From: Promethearchaeota archaeon | GTDB lineage: Archaea; Asgardarchaeota; Lokiarchaeia; Sigyniarchaeales; SOKP01 | NCBI GenBank assembly: GCA_048941185.1 | Contig: JBHLNW010000003.1 | Span: forward strand, 31,238 to 95,237 | Direction of reading: 5' to 3' | DNA length: 64,000 nucleotides | In this document: piece after piece, positions 1 through 9,953 of the stretch | Position numbering within the stretch: the first letter of the stretch is position 1 | Layout: each line of letters opens with the position of its first letter | Notes under the pieces: generated by a model | Database searches by the model: none | Told to the model about the DNA's origin: nothing | What the model saw: only the letters and a program-made list of their open reading frames with translations | Position numbers and translations under genes: made by a program

Positions 1-702
1 GAATATTGGATTGAAGAAGATAGTCCTAAAATTCCATTAATGGTTGTAGTAGAATATCACAAGGGTAAGGTTGTAGGATTTGGAAACTTTAGTATTTTTT
101 CTTCTTTAACTCGTGAATATGGTTTTTCTGCTTTTGATAATGATATTTTAATAGCTAATATTCTGAATTTTTTAATAGGACGCTTAGATTCTGAAGGAAA
201 ACCAGTAACAGTAGAATTGAATATGGATTTATATTATTGGGCAGAAAATGTAGTTAAAAAAGAAAAATGGGATAACATTTCCGATCTTATTAATGTAAGT
301 GTGAAATATTTTAAAGATAATTACAACACTATTATTGAGGAAATTAAAAAATTAAGATTAGAAAGGGTAGAAAGACGAAAAGAATATGAAAAATCTATAA
401 AAGAAGCGGATTTAGAAGAAATTATTGAGGATAATGTGTTAGAAAAAGTTCCTGTTTCTGTCAGAAAGAAAGAAGATCTTGAAGATATTATGAGTGCTTT
501 GGAAGATATTACAGGAGAGAAATATGAAATTTCTATAGATCTAGATGAAGAAGAGAATGAGGAAGATGATGAAAATGAGATTCCAGAATATTCAGAGGAA
601 GATGTCATTGAATTTGAGAGTGTATTTCCGAAGAAAGCGATATGGAAAGGTAAAGCTACAAAAACATTTAAAGGATGGTTAAGAAAGAAGTATTCAAGTT
701 AA
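1..702 (+). CDS. 3' part of a protein with the C-terminal end of a GIFT/DUF4350-like (class I glutamine amidotransferase-like) domain, a putative ribbon-helix-helix segment, a coiled-coil/acidic linker and a short C-terminal W-containing motif; the 5' end lies outside the window
   Basis: Frame is open from base 1 (EYWIEEDSPKIPLMVVVEYHKGKVVGFGNFSIFS...DNDILIANILNFL), the typical G.G.V...G....F......N..L..N...W/F ending of GIFT/DUF4350 domains. It is followed by VTVELNMDLYYWAENVVKKEKWDNISDLINVSVKYF (beta-helix-helix pattern). Confidence 0.6.
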   Translation, partial: EYWIEEDSPKIPLMVVVEYHKGKVVGFGNFSIFSSLTREYGFSAFDNDILIANILNFLIGRLDSEGKPVTVELNMDLYYWAENVVKKEKWDNISDLINVSVKYFKDNYNTIIEEIKKLRLERVERRKEYEKSIKEADLEEIIEDNVLEKVPVSVRKKEDLEDIMSALEDITGEKYEISIDLDEEENEEDDENEIPEYSEEDVIEFESVFPKKAIWKGKATKTFKGWLRKKYSS

Positions 703-759
703 TAATAAAATAGAAATTCAATCTGTCCTTTTACTAGTTAATTAATATTTTTTCTAATT

Positions 760-2175
760 ATGGATAGATTTCTTTTTGTATTAGGTTCAAATTGGCAGCT
801 CTCAATTGCAGAATTAGATAATTATCTTAAATATTCCCCAAATAAAGGAAAAATTTTAGATTATTCTGCTAATGTGGCTATAATAGGGTTTGATAAACTA
901 CATCAAGACACACGTTACATTAATAAACTCATGGAAATCCAATTTATTCTGGGAGGTTGTCAAAAAATAGCTCAAATTTATGATTTTATTGATATTAATA
1001 CTATTCAGGATGCCTTTCCAGTACAAATCAATAAATATAAATTTGTTGAAAAAGGTAGAAAAAAGATCCTTGACGTAATTAATAATATCATAATAGGGAA
1101 AAAGGGAATCTTTCCAAAAGTTTATGAAAGCATGTTTTTTGCAGTATCTATTTATCCTAATCTTTATGATGACAAATATTATTCGGAAATTCTAGTTAAA
1201 CATCTTCTTCCTTTTTTGAACAAAGAAATCATGGAATTGATTAAGCAGAAAGGAGCTGAAAAAGCATTATATTACCAATATCCAGAAAAGTATATCAAAT
1301 CAGGCCATTTGAATCCAATTTTTCCACATCACGTAATTAAATATGAACTTCTAAAAGAAAATAGAGCCGAAATAATATTTGCATTTACAGAAGAAGGTCT
1401 ATACATCGCACGAACTTTTACCGTTGATGATCCTAATTTTAAAAAGAGAATTGATGAAAAAAAGCCTTATAAAGAATTTAAAAGTGCGATTTCCCCTAAA
1501 CTTACATTAGCAATGTTAAATTTCTTGAATTTATTTGAAAATAGACAAAGTAAGAAAATTCTCGATCCATTTGTTGGAAATGGAACAATTATGCTTTTTG
1601 CTATTCTACAAGATTTTCAATTTTATGGATCAGATAAAGATATTCAAAAAGTAAATAATACTATTCGAAATATTTATTGGTTATTAGAGTTTTTAGAAGA
1701 AGAAATTCCTCCATTTACTCATGAAAGAATAGTGAAAAAGAATGCAAGGGATTTATCTAATATTTTTGAACCTTACTTCTTTGATGGTGTATGTACTGAG
1801 CCAGAATTAGGGCCTTTTTATACAGAAAAACCATATTACTCACAAGCTAGAGAATTAATCGATAAAGAATTGACTCCTTTATATGATAATTTTTTAAGAG
1901 AAGCATATAAAATACTAAAACCCAAAGCTAGAATTTGCTTTGTTTCTCCCATCATTAGTACTTTAGATGGAAATGAAATGCAGATGAATATTGAAAAGAT
2001 CGCAAGTAAAAATAAATTTAGAATTATACCAATGATAGATATTAATAGAATTCCCTATAAATCTAATCAGAAACTTAGATTTCGCAAAAAGTATATAAAG
2101 AATATTATTGATGCTAAAAAAGGACAAATAGTAAAAAGGAAACTATATATCTTAGAAAAAGCCCAAGAAAAATGA
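760..2175 (+). CDS. THUMP-associated SAM-dependent tRNA (guanine-N2) methyltransferase, Trm11/TrmG10-like
   Basis: N-terminal FVLGSNWQLSIAEL, AISPKLTLAMLN, SAM motif ILDPFVGNGT, and VCTEPELG at the position of the TDPPYG motif IV. Confidence 0.7.
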   Translation: MDRFLFVLGSNWQLSIAELDNYLKYSPNKGKILDYSANVAIIGFDKLHQDTRYINKLMEIQFILGGCQKIAQIYDFIDINTIQDAFPVQINKYKFVEKGRKKILDVINNIIIGKKGIFPKVYESMFFAVSIYPNLYDDKYYSEILVKHLLPFLNKEIMELIKQKGAEKALYYQYPEKYIKSGHLNPIFPHHVIKYELLKENRAEIIFAFTEEGLYIARTFTVDDPNFKKRIDEKKPYKEFKSAISPKLTLAMLNFLNLFENRQSKKILDPFVGNGTIMLFAILQDFQFYGSDKDIQKVNNTIRNIYWLLEFLEEEIPPFTHERIVKKNARDLSNIFEPYFFDGVCTEPELGPFYTEKPYYSQARELIDKELTPLYDNFLREAYKILKPKARICFVSPIISTLDGNEMQMNIEKIASKNKFRIIPMIDINRIPYKSNQKLRFRKKYIKNIIDAKKGQIVKRKLYILEKAQEK

Positions 2176-2831
2176 GTTATAAAAAAATTTTAGATAAAAT
2201 TGAGACTCAACTGGAAGGAGAGGCTCATCTAGATGAATTAGCTAATAGAAAGCAGGATCCATTTGAAATATTAATTTCAACAATATTGTCAGCACGTACT
2301 AGAGATGCAAATACAAGATTAGCAACTGAAAGACTATTTGCTAAATTTAATAATCCAAAAGCAATCGCTGAAGCAAATATTGAAGATATCGAAGAGCTTA
2401 TAAAATCATCAGGCTTTTATAAGGTCAAAGCTGCTCGAATAAAAGAAGTTTCAGAGATTCTTATACAAAAGTATAATAGTGAAGTTCCAAAGAATTATGA
2501 AAGCTTAATAAATTTACCTGGGGTGGGAAGTAAAACGGCAAATTGTGTTTTAGTTTATGCATTTAAAGTACCTGCAATCCCAGTAGATACCCATGTACAT
2601 AGAATTTCGAATAGATTAGGTTGGGTAAAAACTAAGAGTCCACTACAAACTGAAGTAGCATTGAAAACGACAGTTCCAAGGGAACTTTGGTTAAAATTAA
2701 ATAGATTATTTGTGAGGTTTGGTCAACAGATATGTTTGCCAATTCGCCCAAAATGTGATATATGTGTAATTAAAGATCTTTGTCCGAAGGATTTCAGTAT
2801 GGAAATAGCAAAGAAAAAAAAAAGAGATTAA
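2172..2831 (+). CDS. nth: Endonuclease III (HhH-GPD DNA glycosylase/AP lyase, 4Fe-4S)
   Basis: PFEILISTILSART, LPGVGSKTA, PVDTHVHRISNRLG, and the Cx6Cx2Cx5C cluster motif (CLPIRPKCDICVIKDLC). ATGA overlap with the upstream gene. Confidence 0.95.
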   Translation: MSYKKILDKIETQLEGEAHLDELANRKQDPFEILISTILSARTRDANTRLATERLFAKFNNPKAIAEANIEDIEELIKSSGFYKVKAARIKEVSEILIQKYNSEVPKNYESLINLPGVGSKTANCVLVYAFKVPAIPVDTHVHRISNRLGWVKTKSPLQTEVALKTTVPRELWLKLNRLFVRFGQQICLPIRPKCDICVIKDLCPKDFSMEIAKKKKRD

Positions 2832-2883
2832 TTAATATTAAAATATAATGTATAGATCACAAGGAATTCTTAACAAATTATTC

Positions 2884-3468
2884 TCAATATTCAAGATTGA
2901 CTTTTCTTTTTCGTGTATAAAATAAAAATCCAAATAAAATTCCACCTAATAAACCAAATAGATGAGCCCAGTAATTAATTTCGGGTGAAAAAGAGGTTAT
3001 GATAAAAAACCCAATATAAAATAGGGAAAGAATTAAAAGTGGACGATAATCGGTTGCTACTATTATAAAGGATACTCCAACTAATCCAAAAATAGCCCCT
3101 GAAGCTCCCAAGCTAATTATATCCAATGGAAGTAACAATAATGAAAAAAAACTGCCTAATAAACCTGAAACAAAATAAATTATTAAGTATTGGATTTTAT
3201 TTATCCTATTATTAGTTTCCACTGTTGCTCCGAAAAAAAGTAAAGCAATCATATTAGAAAAAAGATGTATGGGATTACCATGGACAAAAATTGAGGTAAA
3301 TAATCTCCACACTTCAAAATTTTCAATAACATTTCTATTAATTTGTACAAGAAGTTCAAAAATCTGGGGTGCGGCAAGGTTAAATAATAAAAAACCCAAA
3401 ATATTAATAAAAATCAAAGTTAAGGTAAGTTTTGCTTCCTTTAAATTCTCTACATCTAGTACCATCAT
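2884..3468 (-). CDS. Rhomboid-family intramembrane serine protease
   Basis: WRLFTSIFVH, HLFSNM, catalytic GASG, AHLFGLLGG; about six hydrophobic helices. Confidence 0.93.
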   Translation of the reverse strand: MMVLDVENLKEAKLTLTLIFINILGFLLFNLAAPQIFELLVQINRNVIENFEVWRLFTSIFVHGNPIHLFSNMIALLFFGATVETNNRINKIQYLIIYFVSGLLGSFFSLLLLPLDIISLGASGAIFGLVGVSFIIVATDYRPLLILSLFYIGFFIITSFSPEINYWAHLFGLLGGILFGFLFYTRKRKVNLEY

Positions 3469-3563
3469 AATGAAGAAAGCCTTGAAACAGTTAAAAAAAA
3501 TTATAACAAAGTATAATAAGTTGATTTGTTTTTATTTTTTTAGTATAAAAAGATGATATAATT

Positions 3564-4787
3564 TTGGACAGAAACGATAAACTCCATGAAAAATTAAAAG
3601 CAAAGAAAAAACGGCTTGTAGATTCTTTAGTGTTAAATGAAATTTTAAAAGACAAAAGGTTAATAAAGGCTTTTATGGAAGTTCCTCTAGAAGAGTTTAT
3701 CCCGGAAAAATTCTTCAGAATAGTCAAACTTTATGAAGATATACCAAACTTATTTTACTATGATGAACGAAATCCTAATAATTATAGAACCATATCTGCT
3801 CCTCATATGATTTCAATAATGCTTCAAGGTCTTTCATTAACTGATGACGATGATTTATTAATATTAGGCGCGAAAAGTGGATATATCGCAGCTTTAGCCC
3901 ATAAATTAGCTCCGAAGGGAGAAATAATAATCCTTGAGGCAAATTCAGAAATTGCGAAACTTACATCCAATAATTTGAAGAAATTAAAATTAGAGGATAA
4001 TATCTCAATTGTTATTAAAAATCCTCTAAATGGGTTACCAGAATTGAGTCCTTGGCAAAAAATTTTAGTAACTGGAGCAATTGAGCAAGCTAAAATTAGT
4101 CCTCTATTACGTCAGCTTGATGAAAATGGAGGAGTTTTATTTGCTCCCATTGGACAAGATTTTATTCAAATATATACGCAAATTGTACGCCAGAATAATG
4201 AGTTTTATGCGAAAAAGCAACTACAAGTGAAATTTTCCCCACTTATCACCAAAGTGGAATTAGACGAATTAGAGTTATTGACTGATTTTGATGAATCCGA
4301 ATTACTAAAAGAATCAAATAAAAAGTATGAAACTGTTAGTAGTCGACCAAATAAAATTAATATAAAATATACTTCTGACATCGTCGATGAAGTAAATTCG
4401 GATTCAGAAATAAGTATTGAATCAATTGATAAAAAGCAACAAGAGTTAGTATTATCATATTTAATGAGTATCGAATTAATTATTAAAAATTTAAAGAAAG
4501 AAGATAATATTGAGAAATGCTTCAATTATATTGACAGTATTGAGACCAAACTCGAGGATCTGAAAAAATTTAAGAAATTATTTCAAATTAAGATAAAACG
4601 AATGCAAAATATATTAAATCAAATACGGTCATTTAATATCGTAAGAAAAGATTTAAGTAAAAGAAATTTATCAGATTCAGAGATTATTGATAAAAAAATA
4701 GAAATAATTAATAAACAAATAGATCAAATAAACATATTCTTAGAAATTCTTAAAGAGGATATAAATCAGATTAAAATGTTATATTAG
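3564..4787 (+). CDS. pcm: Protein-L-isoaspartate O-methyltransferase-like protein with a long C-terminal helical/coiled-coil extension
   Basis: AFMEVPLEEFIP, TISAPHM, LILGAKSGYIAA, SPWQKILVTGA, LLRQL..GGVLFAPIG and V.FSPL match the PIMT motifs. About 175 extra K/E/I-rich residues follow. TTG start. Confidence 0.75.
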   Translation: MDRNDKLHEKLKAKKKRLVDSLVLNEILKDKRLIKAFMEVPLEEFIPEKFFRIVKLYEDIPNLFYYDERNPNNYRTISAPHMISIMLQGLSLTDDDDLLILGAKSGYIAALAHKLAPKGEIIILEANSEIAKLTSNNLKKLKLEDNISIVIKNPLNGLPELSPWQKILVTGAIEQAKISPLLRQLDENGGVLFAPIGQDFIQIYTQIVRQNNEFYAKKQLQVKFSPLITKVELDELELLTDFDESELLKESNKKYETVSSRPNKINIKYTSDIVDEVNSDSEISIESIDKKQQELVLSYLMSIELIIKNLKKEDNIEKCFNYIDSIETKLEDLKKFKKLFQIKIKRMQNILNQIRSFNIVRKDLSKRNLSDSEIIDKKIEIINKQIDQINIFLEILKEDINQIKMLY

Positions 4788-4827
4788 ATAACTAAATTTT
4801 TGTTCTACTTCTATTATTATATATATT

Positions 4828-5346
4828 TTAATGTTCGAGAAAGTTTAAAACAGCTTTCATGAAATCGGGCAGATCATCAGGGGTTCGTGATGTAATTAGA
4901 TTGTTATCTATTACAACAGGAAGATCCTCAAACATAGCACCAGCATTTAACATATCATCTTTAATCGCAAAATAGCTTGTCGCTTTACGCCCTTTAACGA
5001 TTTTTGCTGATATTAGTACCCACCCTGCGTGACAAATAGCACCAACCAATCGTCCATCATCATTGATTTTAGCAACAAAAGATAAAATATCTTTATCTCT
5101 TCTTAAATGATCGGGATTTTGTGTACCTCCAGGAATAATAACACCATCATAATCGTTGGGGTTTGCTTCTCTTATCAATTTATCAGGTTTAATAGGATAA
5201 CCAAATTTTCCTTTAATCTCTCTCCTATGTAAGCTTATCAACTCAGTTTCATATCCTGCTTCCATTAATCGAATTCGCGGATAATGAAGTTCCAAATCCT
5301 CATAACCATCCGTTGCGAGAAATGCAATTTTTTTTACCAATTTCAT
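4828..5346 (-). CDS. pfpI: PfpI/DJ-1 family type 1 glutamine amidotransferase-like protease/deglycase
   Basis: GYEDLELHYP, IIPGG, AICHAG nucleophile elbow, ITSRTPDDLPDF. Confidence 0.92.
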   Translation of the reverse strand: MKLVKKIAFLATDGYEDLELHYPRIRLMEAGYETELISLHRREIKGKFGYPIKPDKLIREANPNDYDGVIIPGGTQNPDHLRRDKDILSFVAKINDDGRLVGAICHAGWVLISAKIVKGRKATSYFAIKDDMLNAGAMFEDLPVVIDNNLITSRTPDDLPDFMKAVLNFLEH

Positions 5347-5473
5347 TACCTTCTATTTTCATTTTAAAATTAATCAATTGATTTTAAATTCATTAATACT
5401 TCAATTCACTAGTAAAAATGTTTCATTTTTTAGATTATAGGTTATAGAATATTTATTATTATAATCAAACGAT

Positions 5474-6112
5474 CTAATAAAAATTTAGAAAACCTACATA
5501 CACAATTATAATCATAATAATTATTAAAAGAAGATTTAAAGGAGTTGGGATTATCCGATTTGATGTTTTACTTTTGTAATTTTCATATCTTTCACCAAAT
5601 TTAGGTATTAATATTAGTTTTTCTTCAATAATTGCGTTTATTTCTAAAATAATGAAAATTAGGACACTAACTATCAAAGAAGTAAGTGAATCTGAGATTA
5701 TTGCGAGGCCTAAGAAAATTATTCCCCATGCTGAATATACTGGGTGTCTTATTATATTAAAAATTCCTTTAGTAATTAATGTAGAGTTATTCATATCCAT
5801 TAGTTTAACTTTATATACTCTATTTGCTCTTTTAATAAAGATTATACCTATTATTATAAAAGCAATACCTAATAAAGCAAAAAATATCCAATATTCGCCA
5901 AAATAGCTAAAATTACTAGGGAAATACAATCTTAAAAAGCTTGAATTAATAACTGGTATGGCTATTAAAGATATTGTCCAAATTGCCGGATATAATTTGT
6001 AAAACAGTTTGATAACTTTTTCTGCTTTTTTCTTGCTTTTAATAAAGAGTATCCAATATATTATTAGATTAAATAAGAAAATAAATAGTAAAATTATCGT
6101 TATTAAAAGCAT
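5474..6112 (-). CDS. Isoprenylcysteine carboxyl methyltransferase / PEMT-family membrane methyltransferase
   Basis: LITKGIFNIIRHPVY and EEKL..KFGERYENYK motifs; multiple TM helices. Confidence 0.85.
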   Translation of the reverse strand: MLLITIILLFIFLFNLIIYWILFIKSKKKAEKVIKLFYKLYPAIWTISLIAIPVINSSFLRLYFPSNFSYFGEYWIFFALLGIAFIIIGIIFIKRANRVYKVKLMDMNNSTLITKGIFNIIRHPVYSAWGIIFLGLAIISDSLTSLIVSVLIFIILEINAIIEEKLILIPKFGERYENYKSKTSNRIIPTPLNLLLIIIMIIIVYVGFLNFY

Positions 6113-6267
6113 AATATTAATTAATACAAGGTAAAACTAATTTTAATCAATATCGATTCTGTTATAATTAAAAAGATATAAGATAGTTTTTTAATAGAAC
6201 AAAATTCATTAAAATCAATTAAATTTATCTCTTAATTTAATAATATTATAAAAAATTTAAGGTAATT

Positions 6268-6627
6268 ATGATGGAAGAGGAAGAAGAAGAAAAGTTAAGT
6301 AAAGAAGAACAGGAATTATTCTACGAAGTATTATTTAAAAGGATACTGGAAATCATGAGAAACCCCAAAATGGATATGGATCCTTTTGGTGAAATGATAA
6401 ACCGACTTTCAGTATTAGCAGGGATTTTTAGTTTTAGAGCTATGGTTTCTCTAATTCCTGAATTAGTTGCATTTGCTATAAGGTACGGAATGGAAATTGA
6501 AAAATCCTATGAAGAAGAACAGTTAAATTTAGAAGAAGATATTCAAGGTTTTGACGAAGAGGGAGGAAAACAAAAGCGTATGTCTCGAATTCAAGAAGAT
6601 GTTGATAAATTAAATATATATTTATAA
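6268..6627 (+). CDS. Hypothetical acidic helical protein
   Basis: 119-aa ORF with AAGGT upstream and normal codon usage; no family recognised. Confidence 0.6.
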   Translation: MMEEEEEEKLSKEEQELFYEVLFKRILEIMRNPKMDMDPFGEMINRLSVLAGIFSFRAMVSLIPELVAFAIRYGMEIEKSYEEEQLNLEEDIQGFDEEGGKQKRMSRIQEDVDKLNIYL

Positions 6628-6680
6628 TTTTTATTAATTTTATTGAAATTTTTTTATATTTTTATTATATATTCTTTCAG

Positions 6681-6701
6681 AAAAAAGAAAAAAGAAAAAA
6701 A
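6681..6701 (-). terminator. Probable oligo-T terminator for the 703-aa minus-strand gene
   Basis: Minus strand reads TTTTTTTCTTTTTTCTTTTTT about 25 nt after the stop codon; archaeal intrinsic terminators are oligo-T tracts. Confidence 0.45.
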
Positions 6702-6724
6702 TCTAAAAGTGAAATTTAAAAAAA

Positions 6725-8836
6725 TTAATCGTATTTACTCTTAAAATTCTTTAATTTATTCATTACTTCGTCATATAAAGAACCAACGATAATTTTATCA
6801 CCAAGAACTTTTAATTCCTTAGAATAAGCTAAAATTTGATGAAGAACTGGTCCGGGTGGAAACTGATCTCTCCTTCTTTCGAGGATATCGCCAAAGGCTT
6901 GGGCAGTAGGAGCACGATCAATAGCTTTGTATAACTCAATAAAGAGATCATGTATTTTTCCAGCTTGAGAATCTGCAACATGTGCTTTCGGTGTTACTGT
7001 ACCTGCTGGAGGTGCCATTGAGGAGCTTGATGACTCTATACTACCTCTACCCAAAACCACTACAACAGGTTCTGAACGAGGATAATTACCCGATCCAGAA
7101 CAATTATAGTTAATGCTTACAGAAGCACCACCACTTATCTCACCAACCTTCACATGCAATTCAGAAAGATCACCTACTTGAATTAATTCATGAGTAGCAC
7201 CAGCAGGAGGCGTAAATTCAGTTAAACTAAAACCAGAAGGGATAATATCTTTAACTAACACATTTTCTAATTCAACATCCCCTTTATTTTGAACTCTTAC
7301 ACCAATACTAAACTCACCTTCGCTAAGGCCAAGCTTAATGCTCTTAAGAGTTTTTAATTTACGTTTAACGTATCTAACCTTTAATTCTGATTCTTCTTCT
7401 GGTGTTTTAATAAAATATTTTCCCTCTACTGGACTATTAATCTCTATTTTAACTGGACTCATATATTTTGTCTCGGTAGGTGGTCGTGGATTTCTTGCTA
7501 AAAGAGGATATGAAATGATCATCTTTTTCTCAGGCAGAAACTCTTTTGAAAGATTATATAACTCAACATAAATTTGATGTTTTTTAGAAAAATCTTGGTC
7601 ACTTGGATCAATTAGTATTTTTTGAACAAATTCTTCTCTTGAACTAATATCAATATCTCCTAACTGGATTTTAATTTCTTTAACTAACGGTGGAACAAAA
7701 TCAGTGGGAATTTCATCTGATAAGAAGAATTTTTCAATTAATGAAGATCCATTATTTACAACAACATTTTCAATTGTCATATTAGTGTTAGCATATGCAT
7801 CAACTTCTGGTGGTTTTATCTCTTTGTCTAAGGTTGCACTTAAAACTTTATATATAGTGGATTCTTTTACAATTTTACCAATAACCCTAGGAATTACTAC
7901 AAACATTGGTGTAAAGCCTATTTCTGAGCTTAACTCAGGAATATCTTTCGCTTCTACTTGAAAATCATAATCCCAAGATTCATCAGGGTTCAGCACTCTA
8001 TCTGGTGTTTGAGATACAACAACCTCACTACCCGTAGCAATTTTTTGAGTTACCTTTACGTCCTCGAGTTTCACTTGGAATCCGGACTCATTAAAAAATT
8101 CAACATTACAATCCCACATACCAGGTTGAGAACTCTCATCTCTATCAATACCACTCATCGAATCCGTTAGTCCTCTAATGTCAGGATTCATCATTGTTAA
8201 TTTATAATTATTTATTAAATAATTGACCTCAAGGGCGCCTAGCTCTTGGGCCGATAATTCTTTTATATTCACTGTAAAGAAGATTTCAAGTTCTGCTTTA
8301 TTCTCTGCTTCTAAAGAAGTTAATTCCCAAACAAGAACTCGTTTGCCACCTTCTTCTTTTAAAATTGCATTCCCATGACTAGGACTCCTCATTTCTAATT
8401 CTTGAATAAACACTGGTATTTCCCTTTTTACTTTTATATCCAAGATTGGTAAGTTTAATGGATTTGTTAAAATAAGTTTTAAACTGCACTTGTTATCTTT
8501 TTTATAAAGGAATGCATTATTTACTTTACTAGAGTCAGATTTGTCTGTATCAAAGATTTCTTCAACCTTCAAGCTAGAATTCTTTAGTTCTTTTATTTCA
8601 TATTCTTTGTTAAATTCTTGAGTAGGATTTAATGTTCCGATTGTAAGTTCTTTTGACCCGAGAGACGTATTTACATATTCTTTCACATTACACATTAAAT
8701 TCCATAAACGACTTCTTTGTGTTGGATTTTTTACCTTAAGCGTGCCATTACCAGATATTTCTTTTATATTTTGAGATTCATCAAAAACAATGTGCTCTCG
8801 TTCAGTTAAATCTATAATTACTAAGTTTTCTGACAT
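6725..8836 (-). CDS. Cytoplasmic multi-beta-sandwich protein: N-terminal mu-homology (adaptin mu/delta-COP)-like domain, DUF11-like Ig folds, S/P/A-rich linker, C-terminal helical domain
   Basis: No signal peptide. N-terminus LVIIDLTEREHIVFDESQNIKEISGNGTLKVKN and VLVWELTSLEAENKAELEIFF...LEVNYLINNYKLTMM resemble mu-homology domain strands. VRVQNKGDVELENVLVKDIIPSGFSL is a DUF11-type motif. Confidence 0.55.
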   Translation of the reverse strand: MSENLVIIDLTEREHIVFDESQNIKEISGNGTLKVKNPTQRSRLWNLMCNVKEYVNTSLGSKELTIGTLNPTQEFNKEYEIKELKNSSLKVEEIFDTDKSDSSKVNNAFLYKKDNKCSLKLILTNPLNLPILDIKVKREIPVFIQELEMRSPSHGNAILKEEGGKRVLVWELTSLEAENKAELEIFFTVNIKELSAQELGALEVNYLINNYKLTMMNPDIRGLTDSMSGIDRDESSQPGMWDCNVEFFNESGFQVKLEDVKVTQKIATGSEVVVSQTPDRVLNPDESWDYDFQVEAKDIPELSSEIGFTPMFVVIPRVIGKIVKESTIYKVLSATLDKEIKPPEVDAYANTNMTIENVVVNNGSSLIEKFFLSDEIPTDFVPPLVKEIKIQLGDIDISSREEFVQKILIDPSDQDFSKKHQIYVELYNLSKEFLPEKKMIISYPLLARNPRPPTETKYMSPVKIEINSPVEGKYFIKTPEEESELKVRYVKRKLKTLKSIKLGLSEGEFSIGVRVQNKGDVELENVLVKDIIPSGFSLTEFTPPAGATHELIQVGDLSELHVKVGEISGGASVSINYNCSGSGNYPRSEPVVVVLGRGSIESSSSSMAPPAGTVTPKAHVADSQAGKIHDLFIELYKAIDRAPTAQAFGDILERRRDQFPPGPVLHQILAYSKELKVLGDKIIVGSLYDEVMNKLKNFKSKYD

Positions 8837-8989
8837 AAATAATCTTCTCGTATTTTTATTATTTAGATTTAGAAAAAATTTTATACAAAATTTGTTATCA
8901 AAATAATAAAGTTGATCTTTTTATACTTTAACTTTTCATTAAAGAACCTCTTTACAATTAAATATCATAATTAAACTAAGAAAAAAATT

Positions 8990-9811
8990 GTGGTTGTCGA
9001 CAAATTCTGGAATGTTGTTAAAAAATTTAATTTTTTAATGAAATCAGCAATAGAAGGTCCTAATTGTTTGGATATATGTAATGGAGATTGTTGTTCAATT
9101 AGGATTGATGTTCCAAAAATATTGGCAGAGGAATATATAAAACAAGGTTATGCAAATAAAAATGATTTTATTCGAGGAGATGTTTTCAGTTTTAAATTAA
9201 GGTTCGATGAAAAAAAAGGAAAATGTTTCTTATTTGATAAATCTATTAATGGATGTTTAGTTCATAATTCTGGAATCAAACCCCCTCAATGTTGGATTTA
9301 CCCTACAAATTTTTCTAATCTAGAAAATAGTGATATAAGTTGTAAAGTTGCTAATGGATGGAGAATAAATGATCCCGAAAAAGCAAAAAAGGCTGAAGAA
9401 TTACTTAAATATTACATATTCCTTTCTCAACTTGAGGCTAAAAAAGAAGCTAGAGAAATTTACAATCGATTAAATGAGATTTTATATAAGAATAGTTTAT
9501 TAAATTTATTAAAGCAAACCTCTCCGAGTCAATTAGCTGGCTTTAGGGATACTTGGGATTGCTTTACAACTTTACCCGCTCAAGGAGTATCTTTACAAAT
9601 GAAAAAAATTTGTAGGAAATATAATGAAAAATGTAAGTATATAGCATATAATTTTTTAGATTGTAGAAATATATGTGGTAAAGTTGCTAATGGGTTACTC
9701 GATTTTTTACAACAAAATTTATTATGTTACGTAAAAAAACAAGGACTTGATTCGGAAGGAGAATATCCTTTTATTAAATTATTTGAATTTATTGGAAATA
9801 AGGATTTTTAA
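8990..9811 (+). CDS. YkgJ-family cysteine-cluster (Fe-S/Zn) protein
   Basis: CLDICNGDCC...CFLFD..INGCLVH..KPPQCWIYP pattern, plus a second C-terminal Cys group. Confidence 0.75.
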   Translation: MVVDKFWNVVKKFNFLMKSAIEGPNCLDICNGDCCSIRIDVPKILAEEYIKQGYANKNDFIRGDVFSFKLRFDEKKGKCFLFDKSINGCLVHNSGIKPPQCWIYPTNFSNLENSDISCKVANGWRINDPEKAKKAEELLKYYIFLSQLEAKKEAREIYNRLNEILYKNSLLNLLKQTSPSQLAGFRDTWDCFTTLPAQGVSLQMKKICRKYNEKCKYIAYNFLDCRNICGKVANGLLDFLQQNLLCYVKKQGLDSEGEYPFIKLFEFIGNKDF

Positions 9812-9953
9812 GATTTTATTCATTGAATTATTTTTTGTCGGATGTATATTTTATTTCTAAATAAAGAATATTACAGACATAATATATCCACTTAAATAAT
9901 ATTCAGATCCATATAGAAATAATATATATATATTACATAAACTGTGTTTATCG

